A stretch of DNA of 60,326 nucleotides, filler included, from an uncultured Myxococcia bacterium (lineage in GTDB: Bacteria; CAZTWC01): the NCBI GenBank assembly GCA_964617105.1. It is 4 parts of 4 records of this genome, joined end to end, with 100 filler letters (N's around TTAATTAATTAA, not from the genome) between each part and the next. Parts side by side here need not be neighbours in the genome. Positions count along the whole stretch, not along the records: positions 30,811 to 45,827 come from CAZTWC010000068.1; 3 more parts are not named here. One strand, 5' to 3'. Within the stretch, counting starts at the first letter, position 1; every line of letters begins with the position of its first letter. The notes below the pieces were generated by a model. The model did not search any database. It worked only from the letters and a program-made list of their open reading frames with translations, and had not been told where the DNA came from. A program made the translations under genes and the position numbers. Shown in pieces: positions 30,852-40,952 of the stretch.

Positions 30852-32012
30852 GTGACAGCCCATAATTTTGATGTTCTGGTAATCGGCGCCGGTTCGGTGG
30901 GATTGCCTATAGCGCTATGCCTGGCCAGGGACGGACTGAAAACCGCAGTGATTGAAAAGGGGAAAGCTGCCGGACAGGGACAAAACAAAGCGGCCATTGG
31001 CGGCATCAGGGCCACTCACTCTCACCGGGCCAAAATATGGCTTTGCCAGAACTCTTTGGATATATTCAGCAACTGGCAAGAGAGATATGGCGACAACATT
31101 TTGTGGCGCCAGGGTGGCTATCTGTTTCCGGTTTATACCAGCCAAGACAAAGATCTCCTGCAAAAAATGCTTACAATCCAGCACCAATATGGATTAAATA
31201 TAAAATGGACAGACTCAGAAACAGTAAAAAATATTGTTACTGGCATCAATAGCGACAGCCTCCTGGGAGGCACCTTTTCTCCTGAAGATGGTTCTGCTTC
31301 TCCTATCAATGTGGCTCATGCGTTTTGGCGTCAAGCCAGGGAATATGGCGCCCAGTTCTTTTTTGGTCAGCAAGTAAAATCTATTCAGGTAAACCAGGGC
31401 AAAGTGAGTGGAGTTCGTACCCAGGAAAACAGTTTTTCTGCTCCCCTGGTGATAAATGCTGCTGGCGTTAATGCAAAAGAAATAGGCGAGATGGTTGGTC
31501 TTGATTTTCCAGTGCAGCCAGACTCCCACGAAGCCGGTATCACCGAGCCCACCGCCCGTTTTATGGATCCCATGGTGGTTGATATCAGGCCGGATAAAGG
31601 TTCCAGCAACTTCTATTTTTACCAGAACCATGAGGGGCAAATAATTTTTTGCATGACCCCTTCTCCGCTAATTTTGGGTAATGACCAACATGCCACTTCG
31701 GAGTTTCTGCCCCTGGTATCCAGGCGGTTGATTACCCTGGCGCCACGGCTGTCCCATTTGAGAGTGAGAAGAACCTGGCGGGGACTGTATCCCATGACCC
31801 CGGATGGATTTCCCATTGTGGGGGCAGCCCGGGAAGTAGAGGGGTTCTATTTTGCGGTGGGCATGTGCGGCCAGGGATTTATGTTGGGCCCAGGTATAGG
31901 AGAATTGATCTCCCGCCTGGCAAGGAAACAGACTACTGATCAGGATCAAAAAATATTAAACGATCTTACCCTGTATGGCGATTTTAAGGGCGGCACCGAA
32001 AGATTAAAGTAA
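30852..32012 (+). CDS. FAD-dependent oxidoreductase, DAO / sarcosine oxidase beta-like
   Basis: VIGAGSVG Rossmann motif, VINAAG, WRGLYPMTPDGFPIVG and GMCGQGFMLGP. Confidence 0.9.
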   Translation: MTAHNFDVLVIGAGSVGLPIALCLARDGLKTAVIEKGKAAGQGQNKAAIGGIRATHSHRAKIWLCQNSLDIFSNWQERYGDNILWRQGGYLFPVYTSQDKDLLQKMLTIQHQYGLNIKWTDSETVKNIVTGINSDSLLGGTFSPEDGSASPINVAHAFWRQAREYGAQFFFGQQVKSIQVNQGKVSGVRTQENSFSAPLVINAAGVNAKEIGEMVGLDFPVQPDSHEAGITEPTARFMDPMVVDIRPDKGSSNFYFYQNHEGQIIFCMTPSPLILGNDQHATSEFLPLVSRRLITLAPRLSHLRVRRTWRGLYPMTPDGFPIVGAAREVEGFYFAVGMCGQGFMLGPGIGELISRLARKQTTDQDQKILNDLTLYGDFKGGTERLK

Positions 32013-32046
32013 TGACCGTATTTTAGCGAGCCCTTTGGAGTATAAA

Positions 32047-32595
32047 ATGGAAATAAAAATCAACACCACTGTGTTACAGGCTGTTCAAGGTGATATCACC
32101 CTCAGCACCACTGAGGCTATAGTCAATGCGGCCAACTCTTCCCTTATGGGAGGCGGCGGCGTGGATGGTGCTATTCACCGGGCCGGCGGGCCAACTATTT
32201 TGGAGCAATGCCAAGAGATAAGAGCAAAACAGGGCAAATTGCCCACTGGCCAGGCGGTAATAACCACCGGCGGTAACCTAAAAGTCAATTACGTAATCCA
32301 CACCGTGGGTCCCATTTGGAAAGGTGGTAGTGCCAACGAAGAGGAACTTTTATCTTCCTGCTATCAAAACTGCCTGAAAATAGCTAAAGAGAACCATTTA
32401 TCCAATATAAATTTTCCCGCCATCAGCACCGGGGTTTATGGCTATCCCGCATCAAAAGCAGCTAAAGTAGCCCTGAATACGGTTACCGATTTTATCAACA
32501 ATCATCCCGGCAGTTTTAACATGGTAGTTTTCACCCTGTTTGACAACCCCAGTTTTCAGTATTACCAGGAACTGTTGAAAAAACTCTCAATATAA
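32047..32595 (+). CDS. Macrodomain O-acetyl-ADP-ribose deacetylase (YmdB-like)
   Basis: GDIT, AIVNAANSSLMGGGGVDGAIH, VIHTVGP and FPAISTGVYGYP; GGAG RBS before the ATG at 32047. Confidence 0.95.
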   Translation: MEIKINTTVLQAVQGDITLSTTEAIVNAANSSLMGGGGVDGAIHRAGGPTILEQCQEIRAKQGKLPTGQAVITTGGNLKVNYVIHTVGPIWKGGSANEEELLSSCYQNCLKIAKENHLSNINFPAISTGVYGYPASKAAKVALNTVTDFINNHPGSFNMVVFTLFDNPSFQYYQELLKKLSI

Positions 32596-32781
32596 CTGGC
32601 CCGATAAACTCTTTTTATCATTAAACCATCCACTACTGTCCGGCACGGTTATTGTAGAGACTTAAAACTGCGGCAACAGTTGAGTTTTTTGCTATTATTA
32701 GTTATAGTCTTGGGCTTTATCGTCTGGTTGGAATTTGGCCGTGTTGGTAATTAAAAAATGAACTGAAGGAGAAAATCTTCA

Positions 32782-35700
32782 ATGGAAATTAAAATTGCTA
32801 ATACTGTCTTTGGACTTTTAGTCATGATTTTTCTATTGACTTTGGTTTTAGTGGTGCCAGCCTGTGGGGAGAAGGGCGACCAAAACGGACAGACTACTGC
32901 GGATGGAGGAGAAGAGCCAACTGAAGACGGTGGTAAAGAGGATGGCGGCGGAGATTGCCAGGGAGAAACCTGCCTGGATTCCTGCCAGGATGACTCGGAG
33001 TGCGCCTCCGGGTATTGTAATCCCGACACCAAGAAATGTGGCCAGGCCCCTGCCCAATGCAAAAGCGATGAAGACTGTCAAAAAGAGGACAAAAAGGGGT
33101 GCAATACAGAAATTGGTATCTGCCAATGGGAGTGCACTATTGACTCTCATTGTAAAGATGGGTACTGCGATTTTGTCAAGAAAAATTGCGCCCAGGGAGA
33201 AAGGAAATGCCAATCTGACGCTGATTGCAAATCAAAACCCAAAAAGGGATGTGATACCCTGACCGGTCAATGCAAGTATGATTGCACAGTAGATGCTCAC
33301 TGTCCGGGTGGAAAGTGCCATCCCTACGAACGGGTCTGTCTGTACGGCAAAAAATGCCTCAGTGATGAAGACTGCCAGAATATGAGCCACCCGGGGTGCA
33401 ATCCTAAAAGCGGTCACTGCGAATGGGAGTGCACCGAGAGCAAACACTGTATTTCTGGTAAGTGTGACCTGGCCAATCATACCTGTGTAGAGCCTAAAGC
33501 CTGTAAAAAGGATGACGACTGTAAAGGGGAGCCTAAAGAGGGGTGTGAACCGGAAAAAGGACTCTGCACCTGGGAGTGCAGTGATGACTCCGTCTGCCAG
33601 GATGGAATCTGCAACCTGGTGCTGCACCTGTGCCAAAAAGAGGTGTTCTGCCAAAAAGAGGACGATTGCCAAAAAGAGAAAAACAAAAGTTGCAATACTG
33701 CCAGAGGATTGTGTGAATGGGAGTGCAGTGAAGATACCCAATGCACTTCTGGCAAATGCAATATTGTCAACCATTCGTGCCAAATTGCCAAGGGTTGCAC
33801 CTCCAACCTGGACTGCCAGAGCGAACCCAGACTGGCCTGTGATGTGGACAATAGTTTGTGTCAGTGGGAATGTACCGCAACCCACCACTGCCCTTCTGGC
33901 AACTGCGACACTGTGAGCCACACCTGCCACACGGCCAAGAGTTGTCAAAACAACAACGATTGCCAGGGGGAGACCAGGCCCGCCTGTAACACCTTTACTG
34001 ACCGGTGCGAATGGGAATGCAGTGAAAATGAACACTGTGATACCAAAAAATGCAACTATTTCAGTCACAAGTGCCGCAAAAGTGATGGTTGTCAGAGTTG
34101 TAACCCTGATGAGTTTTGTTTTAACCAGGAAATCTGCACTCCCAAGTGGAAAACCTGCAGTTATTCCACCCAATGTTCAAAGGAACAACAATGCCACAGT
34201 GTTGGTAAATCTTACTGCCTGGACCAATGTAAACTGGTGGCCAATTATTCTACCGAGATATCCTACAATCCCTATTGCTTCGATGGCCTGGGACTATGTA
34301 TTGAGTATTCAACTTATGAAAAGAGCAACGGGGTTTGTATCCTGCCCCGGGATAATCTACATCAACTCCTGGATAAGTGTAACGGCATGGATCCTGCCCT
34401 GCCAGAATGGCACTCCTGCCAGAGTGACCTGGTGTGTGTCAAAACCTCCAGTTACAGCAAAAAGGCTTTTTGCTATAAAAAATGCGACCCTAAAAAGAAC
34501 GATGCCAACGAGTTAAATCCCGATTGTGAAAGCGGTAAAGGAAAATGCAGCGATCGCCAGATGAGTTCGGGCGGTTTTTGCGAAGTTCTACATGAGAAAA
34601 ATCGGAAATCGGAAGAAAAATGCCTGTCTGGCAACGACCACACCTTACCAGAATACCACGATTGTGAAACCGGACTATTATGTTTCAACAACAAATGTGT
34701 AATCGAACGCACAGCCACCTGCAAGGAGAGCGAGAAGTGCCTGGGGAACACACCGGGAGCCACCGATTGGTGTGAATGCCAGGCAGGATTATCCTGTGTT
34801 AAAAATACCTGCACCCCAGAGAGAACTTTTACCCAAAAAGAAGATCAGGGTTGCGAGACTTATAATTTTGATCAACCCGATTACAACTCCTGTACAAGCA
34901 ATCTGACCTGCCACGATAATATCTGCTCAAAATCCTGTGATCCTTCGGTTGAACCCGATGAGTGCGACCAGGATCATATCTGTTCCAAAAAAGAATCCGA
35001 CTCAACCACCCAAGGGGTTTGTAAACCAATCAACTTAAAAACCTGCAGCCAATACAACAAATGCGCTAAAGATTATTTTTGTTTTAATTTCTACCAGAGT
35101 CCCTATTTATCCTCCTCCTATCCCCGCTGCGTTATGCCTTGCGATCCAACCGCGACTGCGCCTGGATGCAAAACGGATTATACCTGCCGGCCCTATGACT
35201 TGAAAAACCCAAAAATCGGTTACTGCATACCCGACCGGCTAGCAAAAGATAACCTCAAAGATGATTCCTGCTATTATTCTGATCCCAGTTTACAGAGTTA
35301 CCACGGCTGTATACCGCCCCTGGAGTGTATTGATCTCAAGTGCCGAGATGCAGTAGCCAAAACCAAAGCCTTGAATGAGAGTTGCACAAACCAAGAGGAA
35401 CCTTGCCTGGACGGACTTATTTGTCTAAAACACAAAACTACCAATGATAATATCTGTATGAAGCAGTGTAATCCCTATATCAGCGGACAGTGCCTGGACA
35501 ATTATGTCTGCCAATCTTTAAATGAAGACAAGTTCTACTGGACCGGTGGTTGCGAGCGGATCAGAGCCAAAAAGAGAGTCCGGGGAGAGCAGTGTGAGTG
35601 TGACGATGAAAAAGCCGATTGTTTTGATAAATGCCAGGATATTCTTTACTGCTTCCAGTATGGCTCCACCAATTATTCTATGTGCACTGAAAGTTGCACC

Positions 35701-36537
35701 TGGGATACAGACTGCCTGACCGATGAGTACTGCAGCCAATCATTTTCATCGTATCACCGCTGTTTGAAAACTCAGAAGAACACCCAGGATAATGACCTGC
35801 CCTGCCAACAGGATGATCCCCGCCTGGATTCATACAACGACTGTAAATCCGGTCACTCCTGTGTCAACAATATTTGCCGGATCAACTGCGATCCCACTGC
35901 TACAGATACCGGTTGTGACAGTGAACACACCTGCACAGTTCTCAGCGCATCTGATCCTAAAAAAGGGTATTGCAAACCTATCAGGCTGATGAAGTGCACC
36001 TGGGATAGTGCGGCCACTAATAACGGTGATTGTCCGGGCAACTATTCGTGTTTTAAGTTTTACAACAGCAATTATGGTTATCCCCACTGCGTTAAGCCTT
36101 GTGATCCCACCTCTACCTCTGCCACAACGGATTGCGGGCAATACTATACTTGCCGACCTTTTGATTTAAACGACCCCAAAGATCCTAAAAAAGGGTTCTG
36201 TATCCCTGACCGGCAGAATAACTTTAACCAGAAAGGGAAATCCTGCCACTATTCCGATCCACATTTGCTCAGTTACCACGGATGTCAGCCACCTTACGAA
36301 TGTTATAACAACCAATGCAAAGAGGTCACTGCCAACAGAAAAGAGTTGGGAGAGGTATGTGATTTTTATGGAGACTACTGTAAAAAAGATCTGGTCTGTG
36401 TTGTAAACCCTAACAGTACAAATCAAAGAATTTGTATGACCAAATGCAATCCTCAGCTATCGGGCCCGTGTGAATCAAATCAGAACTGTTATCCTTTTAA
36501 CAACTACAAATTATATTGGACTGGAGGATGTTATTAA
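32782..36537 (+). CDS. Very Cys-rich repetitive lipoprotein (1251 aa)
   Basis: AAGGAG RBS and lipobox VPAC. About 7 tandem ~49-aa repeats of C..D.DC.....GC....G.C.WEC..D..C..G.C....H.C, followed by a duplicated module ending YWTGGC. Confidence 0.88.
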   Translation: MEIKIANTVFGLLVMIFLLTLVLVVPACGEKGDQNGQTTADGGEEPTEDGGKEDGGGDCQGETCLDSCQDDSECASGYCNPDTKKCGQAPAQCKSDEDCQKEDKKGCNTEIGICQWECTIDSHCKDGYCDFVKKNCAQGERKCQSDADCKSKPKKGCDTLTGQCKYDCTVDAHCPGGKCHPYERVCLYGKKCLSDEDCQNMSHPGCNPKSGHCEWECTESKHCISGKCDLANHTCVEPKACKKDDDCKGEPKEGCEPEKGLCTWECSDDSVCQDGICNLVLHLCQKEVFCQKEDDCQKEKNKSCNTARGLCEWECSEDTQCTSGKCNIVNHSCQIAKGCTSNLDCQSEPRLACDVDNSLCQWECTATHHCPSGNCDTVSHTCHTAKSCQNNNDCQGETRPACNTFTDRCEWECSENEHCDTKKCNYFSHKCRKSDGCQSCNPDEFCFNQEICTPKWKTCSYSTQCSKEQQCHSVGKSYCLDQCKLVANYSTEISYNPYCFDGLGLCIEYSTYEKSNGVCILPRDNLHQLLDKCNGMDPALPEWHSCQSDLVCVKTSSYSKKAFCYKKCDPKKNDANELNPDCESGKGKCSDRQMSSGGFCEVLHEKNRKSEEKCLSGNDHTLPEYHDCETGLLCFNNKCVIERTATCKESEKCLGNTPGATDWCECQAGLSCVKNTCTPERTFTQKEDQGCETYNFDQPDYNSCTSNLTCHDNICSKSCDPSVEPDECDQDHICSKKESDSTTQGVCKPINLKTCSQYNKCAKDYFCFNFYQSPYLSSSYPRCVMPCDPTATAPGCKTDYTCRPYDLKNPKIGYCIPDRLAKDNLKDDSCYYSDPSLQSYHGCIPPLECIDLKCRDAVAKTKALNESCTNQEEPCLDGLICLKHKTTNDNICMKQCNPYISGQCLDNYVCQSLNEDKFYWTGGCERIRAKKRVRGEQCECDDEKADCFDKCQDILYCFQYGSTNYSMCTESCTWDTDCLTDEYCSQSFSSYHRCLKTQKNTQDNDLPCQQDDPRLDSYNDCKSGHSCVNNICRINCDPTATDTGCDSEHTCTVLSASDPKKGYCKPIRLMKCTWDSAATNNGDCPGNYSCFKFYNSNYGYPHCVKPCDPTSTSATTDCGQYYTCRPFDLNDPKDPKKGFCIPDRQNNFNQKGKSCHYSDPHLLSYHGCQPPYECYNNQCKEVTANRKELGEVCDFYGDYCKKDLVCVVNPNSTNQRICMTKCNPQLSGPCESNQNCYPFNNYKLYWTGGCY

Positions 36538-38209
36538 AAAAGAACAAAAACTAAGGATAATCCCCTTAGGCGGCCTGGACGAAGTGGGGATGAATATCAC
36601 GATTTTTCAATACCAGGACTATATGTTGATAGTGGATTGTGGTCTGGCTTTTCCAGATGACCCCATGCTGGGAATAGAGATTTTAATTCCCGACCTCACC
36701 TTTTTGTGGGAAAATCAGCAAAAATTGGGGGCAATTGTCCTCACCCATGGACACGAAGATCACATTGGAGCCCTGGTCTATTTACTCAGAATAGCAAAAA
36801 TTCCGGTGTACGGCACTCCGTTTACTCTGGCCCTGGTTAAAGAGCGACTTCAGGAAACCCCCTTGCTCTTTTCTCCCGATTTTCGGGAAATCGGGCCGGG
36901 AGATAAACTGAACGCTGGTCCATTTTCCCTCGAGTTTATCAATACCTATCACTCCATTCCTCAGTGTGTGGCTCTGGCTATGGAAACCCCGGTGGGGAGG
37001 ATCATCCATTCCGGAGACTTTAAACTTGACCCTGATCCTCCTGCCGGCCAGATGACCGATTTGGAGCGTTTTGCCCATTACGGCAACCTGGGAGTTCTGG
37101 CCCTCTTGTCTGACAGCACCAACGCCGAAGAAGCCGGCAACTCCAGCAGCGAAAGAGAAGTAAACCTGGAAATGACCGAGATCATTGCCAATGCTGAAGG
37201 CCGGGTGTTTATCTCTCTATTCGCCTCCAATATTCATCGCATTGGTCAACTCATAGATATCTCCACCAAACTGGGGCGCAAAGTGGTACTGGACGGCAGA
37301 AGCCTGCTAGCCAATGTGGAATCAGCCACCCGGTGTGGATTGTTGAAAAATAACCGGGCCAACCTGGCGCCAGTGGAGGCGATTGAACAGTTTCCCGATA
37401 ATAAGTTGACGGTGATCAGCACCGGCAGCCAGGGTGAATACCGCTCTGCCATTGTGCGGATGGCTTTTGGCGAACACCGGTATCTTAAAGTTAAAGAGAA
37501 TGATCTCTTTCTGCTCTCCAGTCGGGTTATCCCGGGTAATGGAAAATCGGTGAATCGTTTGGTCAACCAACTGTTGAGGGCGGGAGCCAAAGAAGTGATC
37601 CTCCAGAAAATGAACCCCCGCATCCATGCTTCGGGTCATGCTTTTGCCGGAGAGTTAACCACTTTGCTAAAAGCTGTCAAACCCTCATATTTGATCCCTA
37701 TCCACGGTGAATTGAGGCAGAGAAAACGCCATGCCTGCCTGGCAAAAGAGTTGGAAATAGGAATCTGCCCCCTGGTGGCTGAAAATGGCGTTCCCATTGT
37801 ATTTGAATCCAGTGGCAACGCCTATAATGAAGAACCGGTGACCGTTGGACATATGCCGGTGGAGGTAAGAGGACAAACCGACATCAGTTCCACCATATTG
37901 AGGGAGAGGAAACAATTGGCCTTTAACGGCGCCATGGTGTGCATTTTAAAATTGGGGAAAAAAACCCTAAAAAACTATAGCCAGCCGGAATTTATCGGCA
38001 AGGGTATAGTTTCTCCATTTGACAATCCTGAGTTATTTGAATCTTTGGAAGAGTATGTTGACCAGGAATTGAAGACCATAAGGCAATCTGGGATTTTCGA
38101 TCCTCTACTGGTTCACGAAAAAGTCTATCAAGCCATCCGCCGCTTTTTTCGCAAAAGATTTGGCCGCAAACCGGTAACTATACCGGTTATAGACTGGATT
38201 GAGGAGTGA
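36533..38209 (+). CDS. rnj: Ribonuclease J (start uncertain)
   Basis: IIPLGGLDEVGMN, THGHEDHIG, HSGDFK, LLSDSTN, TGSQGE, HASGH and PIHGE. Confidence 0.95.
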   Translation: MKKEQKLRIIPLGGLDEVGMNITIFQYQDYMLIVDCGLAFPDDPMLGIEILIPDLTFLWENQQKLGAIVLTHGHEDHIGALVYLLRIAKIPVYGTPFTLALVKERLQETPLLFSPDFREIGPGDKLNAGPFSLEFINTYHSIPQCVALAMETPVGRIIHSGDFKLDPDPPAGQMTDLERFAHYGNLGVLALLSDSTNAEEAGNSSSEREVNLEMTEIIANAEGRVFISLFASNIHRIGQLIDISTKLGRKVVLDGRSLLANVESATRCGLLKNNRANLAPVEAIEQFPDNKLTVISTGSQGEYRSAIVRMAFGEHRYLKVKENDLFLLSSRVIPGNGKSVNRLVNQLLRAGAKEVILQKMNPRIHASGHAFAGELTTLLKAVKPSYLIPIHGELRQRKRHACLAKELEIGICPLVAENGVPIVFESSGNAYNEEPVTVGHMPVEVRGQTDISSTILRERKQLAFNGAMVCILKLGKKTLKNYSQPEFIGKGIVSPFDNPELFESLEEYVDQELKTIRQSGIFDPLLVHEKVYQAIRRFFRKRFGRKPVTIPVIDWIEE

Positions 38210-38259
38210 TGGTGGTGTCTCCGGGACGCGATAATTGCTGCGGCCTCCTGAGCGAACCC

Positions 38260-40764
38260 TTAGGACGGACACTCTCCAACTGGATGTAAAGGGTTTGACC
38301 TTTTAAAATGTAACTGGTTATCTATTACATCTACCATCACCTGGTCTCCTCCTTTGATTTCACCTCTGATAATATATTCTGACAGAGGATTCTCCACCAG
38401 GTTTTCAATGATCCTGCGCATGGGACGGGCTCCGGTATCGATATTAAAACCACCGTGCTCCACCAAATAATCGAGTACCGCCGGGCGGTAGTGATAACTG
38501 ATGCCCCGCTGGTTGTACAATACCCCGGCGCTTTTATCGATTAACAACCGGGTCACTTTTAAGATCTCTTCATGGTTCAAAGGAAAAAAGATCATTTTCT
38601 CATCAATACGGCTCCACAATTCGGGGCTAAAACGCTTGCGAGTTAAAGATAAGATGGCGTTCCGTTGCTGGTCTTTATCTTCTTCCCCTTTGGAAAAGCC
38701 GATGGTACGGCGACCAGAAGGGCCGCTATAAAAATATTCTGACCCCATATTGGTGGTTAAGATCACTACGGTGTTGGAGAAATCCACCTGCCGGTTAAGG
38801 TTGTCGGTGAGACGTCCCTCATCTAAAATTTGCAGCAGCAAACGCACCACTTCAATGCAGGCTTTTTCCACTTCGTCAAAGAGAATCAACTGAAAAGGGT
38901 CTTTTTTTACCCGGCCGGTTAGTAATCCACCCTCATCAAAGCCTATATATCCTGGAGGCGAACCAATAAGCCGTGATATCGAATGGGGCTGGTTGTATTC
39001 ACTCATATCCAAAATGAGCATCCGCTTTTGGGAGCCGAAAAAATAGTCGGCAATAGATTTGGCCATCTCGGTTTTGCCCACTCCGGTTGGGCCCAAAAAG
39101 AGAAAAGAACCCATGGGGCGGTTGCTGGAAAATCCAGCATAGTTTCTTCTGATGGTCTGGCAGGCTTTGACAATAACCTCCTCGTGGCCCACAATGTTTT
39201 TACCAATCTCCTCCTCTACCAAAAGGATATAATCGGAATTTTGACAACCCATCCTGTCCATAGGGATGCCGGTAAGAGTTGAAACCACCTTGTATATGTC
39301 ATCCACCTCCACGGTTTCCTTGCCCTCCTGGGCTGCCTTTGAGCCGGCATGATCCAATAGAGCGATGGCTTTGTCCGGCATATGGCGGTCGGTAATATAC
39401 TTAATGGCTAATTTTACCGCCATCACAATACATTCATCAGAAAAAATGACATGGTGATGCTTCTGGTAATGGGGCGCTACCCCCTTTAATATCTCCACCG
39501 CCTTATCTTCATCCGGTTCATCCAGTTTCACCAGTTGGAAACGGCGAATCAAGGCATCGTCTTTGGATAAATGTTTGCGGTATTCCTTAAAAGTGGTGGC
39601 CCCTATACAGGGAAATTCTCCGCGGGCCAGGGAGGTTTTCAGTTCATTGGCAGCGTCTTGAGTGTTCTCATTGGAAGACCCGGCGCCAATCAGACAATGG
39701 ATCTCATCGATAAACACAATCACCTTGCCAGCGGCTCTCTTCACCTCATCTTTAAGCCCCTTCATCTTTTCAGAAAAAGTGCCCCTATATTGAGTGCCGG
39801 CCAGGATGCTGCCAATATCTACTTCCACCAAAATTTTATCACCCAGATTTTTGTATTTATCAGGTTTTTTGACCAACTCCAAAGCCAATCCCTCAACCAA
39901 AGCGGTTTTACCAACCCCGGCTTCACCCAAAAGCAGGGGATTATTGGTGCGACGCTGGCCCAAAATAACCAGCAACTCCTCCAACTCCTTTTCCCGCCCG
40001 ATCAGGGAGTCAATCCGATTTTCCGCCGCCTGTTGGCTCAAATTGCGGCCCAGGCTGTTCAACAGAGGAAATTCATCTTCATTCAGATGATATCCTACTA
40101 TAGGACTGGTATTGGCTGATTTTGCTCTCTTTTTTGAACCATCTTCTCTCAAATAATTTTTTGTCAATGGTGCTGAAAAGGTAGTTTTTTTGTCTACCAC
40201 CCTTAAAGTTTCGGAGGGTATTTCGGTCCTGATTTTCTCTTTTGGTTCAGAAAAAGCGCAGGTATGTTCGCGGTCATAGTATTCTTCATCATTCTCATCT
40301 TGCGGATCGATGAGCCCCAGCAAGTAATCAGAAAATCTCTCCCGGTAACGGCTGGGTAGATTACCTCTTGACAGCAAAGAGTTGGCTGATTTACGCAACT
40401 CAGCAATTTGGATATTAGCCCCCACCAGCATGGCGTATGCCGCGGAGTTGGTGATACTGCAAAGTGATACCAGCAAATGAAGGCAATTTACATCGGAAAA
40501 TACACCCCGGGCAGAGGACATTTGAATGCTCTTGGTTTTTATATTGTGAATCATCTGGGCTGATTCCTGCCTGATTTTCCTGGTATAGTCCAAAATTTTG
40601 CGGAGATCTATCTTATGCTCTTGGAGAAATAATTCGGCACTGTTTGGCAAAGTAAAAAGAGCGAACAATAGGTGGGCGCTGGAAAGAGCCTCCTGGGCCT
40701 TGCTGGCGATATCGCGGGCTTCTGCCCAAACTTTTTCTAATTCTAATGAATCTTTGGGAACCAT
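38260..40764 (-). CDS. ClpA/ClpC-type AAA+ chaperone
   Basis: Two Walker A motifs (GEAGVGKT, GPTGVGKT), FIDEIH, LIGSPPGYIG and an IGF ClpP-docking loop; no ClpB middle domain. Confidence 0.93.
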   Translation of the reverse strand: MVPKDSLELEKVWAEARDIASKAQEALSSAHLLFALFTLPNSAELFLQEHKIDLRKILDYTRKIRQESAQMIHNIKTKSIQMSSARGVFSDVNCLHLLVSLCSITNSAAYAMLVGANIQIAELRKSANSLLSRGNLPSRYRERFSDYLLGLIDPQDENDEEYYDREHTCAFSEPKEKIRTEIPSETLRVVDKKTTFSAPLTKNYLREDGSKKRAKSANTSPIVGYHLNEDEFPLLNSLGRNLSQQAAENRIDSLIGREKELEELLVILGQRRTNNPLLLGEAGVGKTALVEGLALELVKKPDKYKNLGDKILVEVDIGSILAGTQYRGTFSEKMKGLKDEVKRAAGKVIVFIDEIHCLIGAGSSNENTQDAANELKTSLARGEFPCIGATTFKEYRKHLSKDDALIRRFQLVKLDEPDEDKAVEILKGVAPHYQKHHHVIFSDECIVMAVKLAIKYITDRHMPDKAIALLDHAGSKAAQEGKETVEVDDIYKVVSTLTGIPMDRMGCQNSDYILLVEEEIGKNIVGHEEVIVKACQTIRRNYAGFSSNRPMGSFLFLGPTGVGKTEMAKSIADYFFGSQKRMLILDMSEYNQPHSISRLIGSPPGYIGFDEGGLLTGRVKKDPFQLILFDEVEKACIEVVRLLLQILDEGRLTDNLNRQVDFSNTVVILTTNMGSEYFYSGPSGRRTIGFSKGEEDKDQQRNAILSLTRKRFSPELWSRIDEKMIFFPLNHEEILKVTRLLIDKSAGVLYNQRGISYHYRPAVLDYLVEHGGFNIDTGARPMRRIIENLVENPLSEYIIRGEIKGGDQVMVDVIDNQLHFKRSNPLHPVGECPS

Positions 40765-40952
40765 TCAGGTCTCCTGGGTAAATGTTTTGTAAAATTAACC
40801 TGTTGTTCACATTGGGAGGATAACTTACTATACTAAACATAGAAAAGGGTGCAATTCAACTGCAAAGCTTGCCAATTTTCAATAATTGGATAATATTTAA
40901 AGGATTACTGTATTTGCTCTCTGAGCACGGACGTAACCTGGCGGAGGTGATC

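Noticed and set aside
30852..32012. FAD oxidoreductase as the missing ThiO of the thi operon
   Set aside because: It is on a different contig, and its motifs fit generic sarcosine-oxidase-beta-like proteins; there is no linkage evidence.
32641..32656. Possible sigma-54 promoter CGGCACGGTTATTGTA upstream of the Cys-rich gene
   Set aside because: The -12 element is GT rather than GC, too weak to call.
32680..32754. Hydrophobic 24-codon ORF LSFLLLLVIVLGFIVWLEFGRVGN
   Set aside because: TTG start only, no RBS, and T-rich DNA readily gives such peptides by chance.
32950..34080. Periodic DNA resembling a CRISPR array
   Set aside because: The periodicity comes from degenerate coding repeats; there are no identical direct repeats with spacers and no cas genes.
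33232..34173. 313-aa antisense ORF and the many other short overlapping ORFs in the track
   Set aside because: They are shadow frames of well-supported genes with no recognisable motifs.
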